A stretch of DNA of 63,646 nucleotides, the filler included, from Klebsormidium nitens (lineage: Eukaryota; Plantae; Klebsormidiophyceae), in NCBI GenBank assembly GCA_000708835.1. It is 4 parts of 4 records of this genome, joined end to end, with 100 filler letters (N's around TTAATTAATTAA, not from the genome) between each part and the next. Parts side by side here need not be neighbours in the genome. Positions count along the whole stretch, not along the records: positions 1 to 28,285 come from DF237063.1; positions 28,386 to 48,545 come from DF237921.1; 2 more parts are not named here. One strand, written 5' to 3'. Below the pieces are notes generated by a model. The model was not told the origin of the DNA. It was given only the letters and a program-made list of their open reading frames with translations, and made no database searches. Shown in pieces: positions 24,301-34,095 of this stretch. Positions within the stretch are counted from its first letter, which is position 1, and every line of letters begins with the position of its first letter. The translations under genes were made by a program, and so were the position numbers.

Positions 24301-27272
24301 TTTCTGCTGCCACTTCTCGTGCAAACATCGGGACATCTCGTTCAGTTCCTCGAACTTTGAAGTCAGTCAGCAAGTGTTCCGGCTGCCGGAGGGCGAGGTC
24401 CTGGCCGCCTCGTTCCGCTGCCACAACACGCGCAAGCACCAGAATAGTCAACGTAGCTCTCAAACCCTAATTTTAACCCATTTCCCAAACGTCTGTTAAC
24501 CCGTTCCGTGCAGCAAGTGTTCGGGCTGCCGGAAGGCGAGGTCCTGGCCGCCTCCTTCCGCTGCCACAACTCGCGCAAGCACAAGGGCACGCTGTTCGTG
24601 TGCCAGCACTTCGTGGCGTTCAAGACGCTCCTCACTCACACGGGCGACGCGCACAGCAAGCTCGTGCTGCCGCTGGAAAAAGTCGCGCGCCTAGATAAGC
24701 ACCGCGCGGGGGGCCTCTACGTTGGGCTGTTCAACCGGCAGCCCGTCAAGTTCGGCGGGTTGAAGAAGCAGCGGGATGAGGCGTTCGACGCGATCGTGCA
24801 GCAGACGGTGGGTACCGGGTGGTACCTCGAGCGGTACCTGGGGGAGCACATCCGGGCCCGCACGGGCGCCGCGGCCAAGGAGATGGAGCTGCGCAGTGAG
24901 TGACGTGATCTTCTGGCCGCGTGACGTTTGCCGTTGCTTTTGACGTCACATCTTGATACTGCCCAGTTGTACGCTCCTTCAATGGCGCTCGGTCTGTGGG
25001 AAGATTTCTTGAGATACTCATGAGAGGCCGGTCGGGTTGCTTGTGGGCTTCAAGTCGTTTGTTCCTCTGCAGAGCAGCTTATCCGGTTTTGCATCGAAGA
25101 GAGCGTTAGTGTCTTGGTTGCTCGCTTCCTAGAAGCTGTTGCAGCTTCTATAATGGGTCTGGTCCTCAAGACGCAGCCTCGTACTCAATTCGTTTGGGCT
25201 GCAGGTCTGGAGCTCCGAACGATTCACGATGTCCCGAATGCCGAAACAGCACGCGAGGCTCCAGCACTAGAACTGAAGCGAGGAAGGCTGCAGTCGTTAA
25301 GTCGTTGAGTCGTTCTCTGGCAGGGTACAATACCTCCCGGTTGAGCCGCGGAATACTCACCTCGCTACAGCAATACTTCCCATTCGATGATACACAACCA
25401 GAAGTAGAACAGACTGAGTCTGAAGTTTCAAAAATCGTTTTTTGCAGGGTACAAAACGTCCCGGTGGAGCCACGTCCAGAACCAGCCGGGCGACCTTATC
25501 TGCTATGGGACGTACCTGTGTTTTTCGCGCCCGGACCACGACAAGCTGAAGCAGATACGCTATGACGACATCAAGGACATCAGGGTCGGCCACCGGGGCC
25601 TCACGCAGGGGGTCAAGATCGAGACCCGCGCCGGCAAGCAGGTATGCTCCCCTGTCCGGTGGAATCTCGTTTCCTCTGATAAAAGGTCATTGATACCGGT
25701 GTGCAGGTGCGCTTTCCGCTCTTCCTGAATTAGCCCCCTGTATCTCTCAATCTCCTTCTCTTGCGGGTTGGTCTTCGTCAAGATCCGCGCCGGCAAGCAA
25801 GTACGCCCACCTGTCCGGTGACATTCGCTTCTCTCCACGGTAGGTGAAAGATACCGGTGCGCATTCTGAGCTGTTTTGAATCAGGCCCCTGTCTTTCTCG
25901 ATCTTCTTGTCTTCTGCGGTCTTTCTGTCAAGAGACTGGCGCCAGCAAGCGAGTACGGCCCCCGGTCCGAGTAGAAATTCCTTCCCGAGCGGTGGCTGAT
26001 GCTTATGCGCTTCTGCTCTGCCGGGATAAGGATCCTCCTTTACTTTGCCATGCCTTTCTTGTGTCCGCTTCTATCAAGATCGAGAACCGAGCGGGCAAGC
26101 AGGTACGCCTCCTGGTCAAGTGGATCTCCCTTTTCTTGGCGGTTGATACTGGTGCGCTTTTTGCTCGTCCTGAGTCAGCAAGGTCTTGCTACGTCTTCAA
26201 CTACGACCAGTCTCTGGTCGAAGAATGCCTTTTATCCGTGGAAAGGTGGAAGGGAAATTTCACAACGACGGGTGCTTTCTTTCCTAACAACAATGGGTGC
26301 TTTCTCTCTAACAACGACGAGTAGACTTCTCGAGCCAAAGCACGTTTCGAAGCGTTTGCCCTTCCTCTCCGGCAGTACCTCTTCACCAAGTTTGCGGACG
26401 TCCAAGAGCCGACCGTCGTAGCGGAGCTCCGCCGGCTGGTCTTCAACGAGGCGTCCGAAAAGGCTGCGTCCGCACTCCGGCCCAAGCTCAAGCTCCTCAC
26501 CTTCTCCCAAAAGACGGTGTCCAACTCCTCCATAGAATCAAAGGCCCCGGAGATTTCGTCGGAGCTCGTCGCGGCGGGGGAGAAAGAAGCGCCGGCCGCG
26601 GAAACAGGGCCCGGCGATCTGGACGCCGCCAAAGCCAAGGGCGGCATGCGCAAGCTGCTCTCGCGGAAGGCTTCCGCGGAGGGCGCGACGTCAGCGGGGG
26701 CGGGGGTGACGTCAGCGGTGGCGGCCGAGGCTGGCGGCGGGACCCCGGGGAAGACGTCGAAGCTGCGGAGCTTCGCCAAGTCGGTGACGGGCAAGGCCGG
26801 GAAGGGATCCCCCGCCAAGGCGCCGTCGGAGGCGTTCCTCAAGAGCGAAGAGGCGTACACACCACAAGCTGGGGGGCAGCTGGCCCCCATGGTGGAACCC
26901 CCTGGGGCGGAAGCTGCGACCCCTCCGGGCGGGAAAACGAGCTCCTCCCGCTTTGCTGCTGCCCGGAACCTCGCACGAGGGTTTGCGGGCAAGGGCTCAA
27001 AAACGGGCCCGGTTGAGGAAGAGAAAGCCGCGGAGGGTGCGCCCCTGAGTGAGGAACCAGTTACGTTAGAAGTAACCGAGGCAGTGGACGGGATTGTCGC
27101 CCCAGTTGCTGCGCCCGAGCTGGAGACGCCCCCGGTTGTTAGCGAACCGGGCAAGGAAATGGTGAACGGGGAAAGTGGAAACGGTGGCTCGCCCGCAATA
27201 GCCACGCCAAAGAAGTCGTGGGCGGGGAGTAGGAAAGGTTCTAGTGGCAAGTCACCCAGGTGGCAAGGGTGA
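12321..27272 (+). CDS. Munc13/Unc13-like protein: C2 domain + MUN (MHD1/MHD2) + two GRAM/PH-like domains + low-complexity tail (many exons; one assembly gap inside an intron)
   Basis: C2-like exon 13306-14085 (TLTVQLNSG...DVYISASV...VSWNQ...ELVFELWE...LLGEGRI); MHD1-like ITQSLCVK|LNNL; MHD2-like LVPLTEYLDEYL...FRRMLEFLW and GLDVLSDYFHGDGAGL...LRRILTLF; GRAM-like QVFGLPEGEVLAASFRCH...GTLFVCQHFVAF (24514-) and GDLICYGTYLCF...IRYDDIKDI (25448-25641); last exon 26376-27272. The start codon is uncertain. Confidence 0.8.
17680..17860. repeat. Degenerate intronic minisatellite, 4 copies, period ~46-50 bp
   Basis: Recurrent ACATACAT(C/T)TG...GTCAGCCGGACCC units near 17682, 17736, 17782 and 17830. 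Confidence 0.8.
19560..20450 (+). repeat. Array of 10 degenerate copies of a splice acceptor plus exon start, upstream of the true acceptor (AG at 20418-20419)
   Basis: Pyrimidine tract + CAGCT(G/C)AACAACCTGAGCATGACGCG-like units near 19571, 19672, 19738, 19802, 19981, 20047, 20132, 20201, 20287 and 20352. The copy at 20417 continues as the exon LNNLSMTRKLQKELE. Confidence 0.92.
23396..24088. repeat. 90-bp intronic tandem repeat interrupted by an assembly gap (N 23527-23987)
   Basis: GGTGCATCTATGGGCTCCTCAGATCTGAAGATCTCGTGCAG... starts at 23396, 23486 and again at 23999 after the gap. Confidence 0.9.
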
Positions 27273-28285
27273 CGTGGATGATACGTGGGTGAAACGGGGA
27301 GGTGACGTGGATTGCTTGAATGCTGTACAGCGCTGCCTCCGAAATCGCTGCACATGCGGCAGTCCAATGTCGGTCCTAATATAGTCGTTATAGAAAGAGG
27401 GTACCTAGCGAGTTACTTTATGTGTCAGTGTCGTCTATAGATACTTCCGGTCGTTTTCGGTCAATAACTTTCCTCAATAGGAACATACGGTTTGCTACTA
27501 ACATGCAGTTTGCAGCTGTGTCCACAGATTCCTAAATGTGACTGCACATTGAAACAAGACTCGTCAACGAAGCGAGGTGCATCGGGTCCTTTTACCTGGA
27601 GACACCAACATTTTGCCACGAACTTAGCTAAGATGATGGAGAGTTGACACTACTGTTTTTGGGACTCACTGATATCTCGTGAAGAAACGAAGTGCAGCAC
27701 GTACATGCTCTCGAGTCGCAAGGCACTGCCGGGGGCCCAGCTATAGGCATAACTATGGTCGATTTGTGTAGGTTCATCTACTCAGGAGTGCATATCAAAA
27801 GACATTTTATGCGGCCATCTGCTATATCACCATATGGTTTCTTTGGCGGTCTATGTGTTCAGTAAGATCGACGCGCAGATTTGGCCTGGAAATTATTCAT
27901 AATATCAAGCTGAATAGATGAATGTATCTTGCAATTGTGTCATGTGTGCATGTATATGCAAAGCTTGTATCAACAATTACGTTTAGAATCAGTGCAAATG
28001 ACCGGCGACCGCGCGAGCAGGCTGCACATCTACATGGACTCTAGGCTGCCGCGGGGCGGCCTCAGTGCTATACTAAGTAAGGCCACATCATGTCGACTGT
28101 ACTGCATTCGGCAGATATGAATCTGTATACTGGCATGCGATAGAGCCGCCATCAGCTGATCTGTTATCCTATATGTATATAGTCGAATTAACAAAGCCAC
28201 ATACATGGTTTGAAAAAGCGTTCCATAGTATGTACACGACTGTGGATCGTGTGACAGCCTGGCAAATACGTGCAGGATACACGTA

Positions 28286-28385
28286 NNNNNNNNNNNNNNN
28301 NNNNNNNNNNNNNNNNNNNNNNNNNNNNNTTAATTAATTAANNNNNNNNNNNNNNNNNNNNNNNNNNNNNNNNNNNNNNNNNNNN
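28286..28385. other. Artificial scaffold-joining spacer
   Basis: Exactly 100 nt: Ns around TTAATTAATTAA (stops in all six frames) at 28330-28341. Confidence 0.97.
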
Positions 28386-31300
28386 GCGTCTGAATCGAAG
28401 GATGTAAATCGAACACGTCTGTTACGTACACAATGCTCCCTCAATTGGAATCATTGCTGTCACATGTGCAATACTGAGAAAGTGACACTCTAGACACCCG
28501 GTACACGCTCGGTCTGCAAGCCAGCCTCTAACCGAAATGCGTCCCTTTCAGAATGTACGAGGATCAATCCTGTACCGGTAATTTATCTTATTCTGTATTT
28601 ATTTTGATCTCCGGGCCTATACCCACAGATATTCGCGGCTTCAAATGGTCTCTGCAACCATGCGGCTCTTGAGGCACCAGCCTACTGTCGAAGCCTCCGA
28701 ACAATGATGAATACAACCAAAAATCCTGAGTCGACCAAAGAGCTTCAGTCCGTTCACTCTTCTCAAATTTCTCGTATGAGACGCGAGGACACTAGCTACA
28801 GCGACACGTTTAATCTCAACCTGTACGATTCTTTGTCGATCGTTATCTCCTCTGACGGCACATCCTCCCGGGCACTTTTCTCTGGGGGAACGACAAATCT
28901 CCGCTTAGCCCTTCGTGTCCCCTCGTTGGCCGGCTCCTTTCCGATCAGGGGGCTGACAGCTTGTGGCCCCAGATCGTTGGTTCCGATCCCCGGATTTGTG
29001 AGTTGTGGGTTCTTTTCTCTTGCCTGTCCTTGGAAACTGACTTCTGGTAGCCAAACGGTAAACTTTCCCGGCCCGGCCCTGTTATGCCGCCCCTCGTCGG
29101 CGTTTTCTTTCGGGTTAGTAACTTGTTGCCCCAAGCTGCCGAGTGACTCTCCCCGGGTACTATCTTGTGGGCCGTTGTCCCGCTCGGTTGGGTTCCCCGG
29201 GGCCTTATCTTGACGCGCCTTCTCGGCCGTTCCTTTTCCGGTACGGGAATGTGCTCCTGCAGTGTCGATTGAATCTTCCCGGGCACTATCTTTTGAACCC
29301 TCGTCGTTTGATCTTTTTGAGGTACCAGCTTGCCGCCCCGAAGTGTCGGTCACTTCTTCTGGGGCACTATATTGTGACCCCTCACTGTTCGATCCTCCCG
29401 AAGAACTAGGTTGTGCCCCGGCTACAATGTCCGTTGACTGTCCCCGGGCGCTTTCCTGCGGGCCCTCATCGGCCGCTTCCGGTCGGGGCCTGCCTTCCGG
29501 CCCCGGCGGAACCACGAGCACCGGCACCGGGCAACGGCGCACGAGATGGGAGCTTAGGCTTCCCAGAAGACACCTGCAAGAGAACCCCCGTCATAATTTC
29601 CAGTCACGAAGGCTCAGAGTTCCCTGTTTTGGGGTTTTGAGGGTTCGAGGAAGGAAGCAGGGGGCCACGGCTTCAAAGGGCCGTCGAACGGCGCCAGGGC
29701 CCTTGTCCTCCTTTCTGGTATCGAGTTGGAAGGGGCCACTTGTGTCGTGCAAACGAAGAGCTCGATCTGCAAGAGCTAGACCTTTGTGCTGAACGAGTTC
29801 GAGACCCTGGATTTCGGCGAACCAAGGACCGCCTTCCAAGGACCGCCTTGAAACCGTAACCCTTCTGTTCTCGTCCAACAAATAGCAGCCTCGACGAACT
29901 TTTCTGGAAATATGATCTGGGGATTGGGCGTAGATGAAGCCGGGAGACGGGACTAGTCTCGACCAGTCAAGCTGATCAGTGATTATGTAATCGCTTGCGT
30001 TACGAGCTGGAAACACAGTCAGCTCAAGTAAGGTAAACAAGAGCACATTTTGGTACCACTTTTTATTCGTTCCCTGAAAATTCAAGCTTTCCGTTGATCT
30101 TACAAGAGAGAAGGGAGCGGAAGGGAAGGAACAGTTACCAACAGTCAAACGCGGCGAAAACATCCTCCATACAGAGTCTCGTCAATCTCCTGTAAACCGG
30201 CCGAACTGAAAATCGTGAATTGATCGAAAGTCGCGAGACCTTCTTCTCGAAACAAGGTACGTGAAGTAACACCAGCTACACGGTTCGTTCATTGCGCCTC
30301 TGCATCGATTACACCTCATCTCTAGAGTCCTGCCTTCTTATCGAAGCGTCAAAATAAGGTAAAGAAAGCTTTTCGCCTGATTCTCTTGCTCACCGTTTGA
30401 GTTTCCCCCGGCCCCCTCTCCCGACCACTACCAGGTCCGCTTTGTACTTGGAAGCGACCTCGGGGATCAGCACCCGGGAATCACCCATGAGGACCAAGCA
30501 CCGGCCCTCGATCTGCAGACGAAAGAAGATCCGGCTTGGAGAATTCTGGATCACATTCAGATTTCGGTATCAAGACCGCCCAATACAATTTGCTTGTGCA
30601 GCTGTCTTAGAAGAGGTCTCTCGACGGGGCTTCCAGACTGAAAATACCTGCGCTCAAGCTGGGAGTTCTCGACACTGAAAGAATTTTTCACGTTCTAATT
30701 GACGAGCTTGGATTTTGCTGGCACTTTTGCAGGAAGCGATCAAAACGACACTGGGATTAAGCAGGTCAACCACGAAGGAATCGCTCAAGCATGGAACTAC
30801 TCACGTCATACTCGATCGTCCGGCAAGATCGCTTCTGTCATACTCGGTAAGTTTTCAATGGCTGCTCGCACATAATCCATCACGGGCTGAGTACGATCAC
30901 GTCATGACTGGTCAGCGGTGGTTAATGCTTACGTCATGCTCGTTCATCAGCTCCAGCAAGCGCCGGAGGGCTCGTCGCTCGGCCTGGCCCTGGACCAGCG
31001 CCCACCGGTGATCCACCATGACCACGATATCCTCGTTGAAAACTGCGCGCGCACAAGCGGCCGCGGAAAGGTTTGGCTGCTAACCAGGTTCGATAACCAA
31101 ACTTCAGTCTGGTCCTTTGAAAAGCAGCCGCAAAATAGCCGTGATAAAAACCTGGCTACTGCTCGAGTCTGGTCGTTGAACAGTTAACCAGCTTCGAACA
31201 AGCCCGTAACCGACTATGGTTAACCGCCAGAAAAGCCTGTGCGGACTTATTACAGAATGATTCGTGAAATATGGGAGGAAAGGAGGGTGGAATAAAGAAT

Positions 31301-31956
31301 GCAGAGAAGAAGAAAAGGCGATTGACAAGAGACCCTGTGCTCCAAAGGTCTGACGTAGGAGCGACGGAAAAAGTTTGCAAGCCCGTCAGGCTGACCGGAA
31401 CAATTCTGGGGGCAATATCTTTGTAAATCCTTCCGGAAATCCTTGGATTCCGCATCGTCGCGTGAACAGAGTCTGAAGAGTACTCCCAGAAATAAGCACG
31501 ATGGGTCCACTTTTTGAGTTCACCTGTGAGATTGCAGCACGAGTTTACGAGATTAAGATACTCTATGAAGACGACCACCGTTTTAGAGACTTTTTCTGCG
31601 GCCTTCAACTTAAATCCTTGGGCCTGACACGCTTAGGCCAACGAAGAAAAAATTCTAGAGAACGATTCGCGCTTGTTAGCCACAGCCTGGATGAATGTGA
31701 CCTTCCGGAACGGCGTTTCACTGAACTTCATTGTGGTCGAGGCAAATTGTGCTCTACGATACGAGACCGGGTGAAACACCTCAGCGCTCCGCTTCCGACA
31801 CAACCGATCCAAACGGCGTGCAAGTTTTCAATGTGGACTTCGATTTGAGGGGGACGCATCCGACTCCATGGAATGTTTGGTTCTTCAAAGGTGTATCGGA
31901 GAAGCACAAAAAATCACCCACAGGGAAAAGCGAGAGTAGTCTCCTTTCGCTCAGAG

Positions 31957-32039
31957 GTTCATTTTGCGAATCCGGTTAGTGTCTTTAACAAGGTGTGTTC
32001 ATTTTGCGAATCCGGTTAGTGTCTTTAACAAGGCGTGTT
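31957..32039. repeat. 40-bp tandem duplication in USP intron 1
   Basis: GTTCATTTTGCGAATCCGGTTAGTGTCTTTAACAAGG(T/C)GT at 31957 and 31997. Confidence 0.95.
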
Positions 32040-32084
32040 TACCCAAGGGCTGAGTTATCTTCTAGGACCCACGTTTGTGAGACG

Positions 32085-32130
32085 ACCCGGGGGACCAGCT
32101 AATGGAACAAGATTAGCTGGTCCCCCGGGT
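32085..32130. repeat. Perfect 19-bp inverted repeat with an 8-nt loop
   Basis: ACCCGGGGGACCAGCTAAT-ggaacaag-ATTAGCTGGTCCCCCGGGT. Confidence 0.97.
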
Positions 32131-34095
32131 TGTGCACTTCGTCCCGCGCAAACCGCAGCGCGCGCAGGGAGCCCTCTGATCCGTTGATTGCGCACAGCAC
32201 GCGCTTCGATCTGCTGCCACGTGGCACGAAGGCCGGCGCCCGTGCATGGGGCCTGGTGAAGCAAGCGCCCATTGGAGGTATGATTACAAGCGGCAACCTT
32301 GCTTCTTGCGCGCCGTTTTTGTGCAACTTTTCTAATGCAGCTTTCGTTTCTGAGGCTTCTTTCTGCAGCCTTGATTGATCTTACAGGTTGAGTCAGTTTC
32401 ACTGCCCTGTGTAATGGGCTCAAGCTTGTCTACTCGGTAAGGCAATTTCTGCCACATGTCCCTCCTCTTTCGGCTCAATGCAGCTTTTTGTAGAGATCAA
32501 AACGCGTTCGCAGCCAGAACGCGATACTTTCAGAGCGGAAAAAAGCTCTTTGGTCAGTCGAGGAACATTGATTACCTGTTGCTTCTGGCACTTTGTGCTT
32601 GTCGTTCTTTCTATGAGGACAAGGAAGAGGCGCAAGAAGGGGACCTAGCTAGCCTTCAGCCCTGCTTTCGAGGCGCATTCTGAAAAGCTTTCATAGCACT
32701 GCTATGCGGTCTGGAATTGCTTCCGCTTCTTCCAAGCCGATTTGGCGGTGCGTTCGACCTCAAACAGGATCGACAGAGCCACGCCGAAGTTGCATGCATG
32801 CACGGAGTCGTTGAGGGAAGTTCTCCGACCGTTGACATGCATTCTCTCATCAACTTGTGGTGCAGCAAGTCGCCGGAAGTTTCGCCCTTTACGACAAACC
32901 GGAAGGTTTTGGCTAAGAGTTACATAAAGCGCTCAGTACGGTCACTTGGACGGGTTTGAGCGACCTTCTGAGCTTTTAAGGTATGTTTCCTCCATGTATA
33001 TCCAGCCTTGCAGTGACGCAATCGCAATTCCCGAACAATCGCGCACAAGGCGCGGCCACCCCAGCGTCCAATTTTCACATTCTCAGGAACATTTCCTTCA
33101 GCGCTCAGTCCCATCTGTAATTGGTCATTGTAGAAACGCGCTTTTGCAAGCTCCTGCAAGCTGGCACATTCATCATACAGAATTCAGCAGAATTCCATAT
33201 GTTGTTTTATTTATCTCGAAAACAAAATGACTGTAGTCTCCAAGGCTCCTAAAGAACCAGGAGGATGGAGGATCTTCAAGAGAAGCCGCATCTTGTGCGT
33301 GCCGGTGGCAGATTCTCAGGAGGAGTATAGTGGGGTGGAGGCTACGGTACGAGCTTCGAGATCGACCAGATGAATCTCGTATGGAAATGAAGGAGCTCAA
33401 GTGTGCATGATCCAATGCTGAACCAGATCTCGCCGTCGGATCACCACGTCACTTTATATACTGCCTTCATAGCATTTGTCAGCTGCATATGCAACCGGCA
33501 TTCCTAGGCCTCCGGCCATGCAAAATCTGCGCCGGCGCTGCGCACAATTTAACTTGAAGTGCATCGATCGTTTGCGTTTGACTAGACGGCCGCCTGGATG
33601 TGATGGTTACCTGAATTGCAGGACGACTCTTTGAGAGTTGGCGTGTGTATGCAAGGGCGCGCCAATGAGTCTCATATGCGACTTTCTGTTTTAGCGCAGC
33701 GAAAAGTGATACATGGCCGGTATAGCTTTCAATAATAGTTCAAGCAAATTGTTACCACAAAATTGTCTTGTAACTGCACAGTACAATACCTTGACTGCTT
33801 ATCAATAGTCTAAAAGTAGCGCACAGGTTGATAGAATCTTAAGTTTCTCAATTCCAGCCCGAGACCGTCCGTACAAGCCACAATTTCCCGTATACACGGC
33901 CCAAAACCTGGAAGCGTAGACTTACTTATAGACCTCAAGAAATAGTCATAGCACCGAGTCTAATAGTTTGACGATACTCATCAAACGCAGTACCAAACAC
34001 AAAACCGCTCTGTGACTGTCTCAATCACAAACCTGGCCGTCATAGCCGTAGCAAACTACAAACACCTTTCGAACCAGAACCTTAATATCATGACC

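Larger units (their letters stand above)
28796..32272 (-). pseudogene. Universal stress protein (UspA domain) with a long disordered C-tail; frameshifted in exon 1 (exons 32272-32073, 31042-30933, 30512-30394, 29573-28796)
   Basis: RVLCAINGSEGSLRALRFARDEVHNPGDQLILFH (USP beta1/alpha1/beta2); LMGDSRVLIPEVASKYKADLVVVGEGGRGKLKR|CLLGSLSSHLVRRCPVPVLVVP (canonical USP C-half). Exons 2-4 phase correctly. Exon 1 is one nt too long and has TAG at 32101-32099. Could be a mutant allele or an assembly error rather than a fixed pseudogene. Confidence 0.8.

Noticed and set aside
29591-30163. 190-aa ORF on the minus strand
   Set aside because: Lies inside USP intron 3 and has no recognisable motif.
32099-32101. 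Stop-codon readthrough or A-to-I editing of the hairpin-embedded TAG
   Set aside because: Reading through in frame leaves both candidate donors (32072 and 32042) in phase 2, while exon 2 needs phase 1. A one-base frameshift explains the data; readthrough does not.
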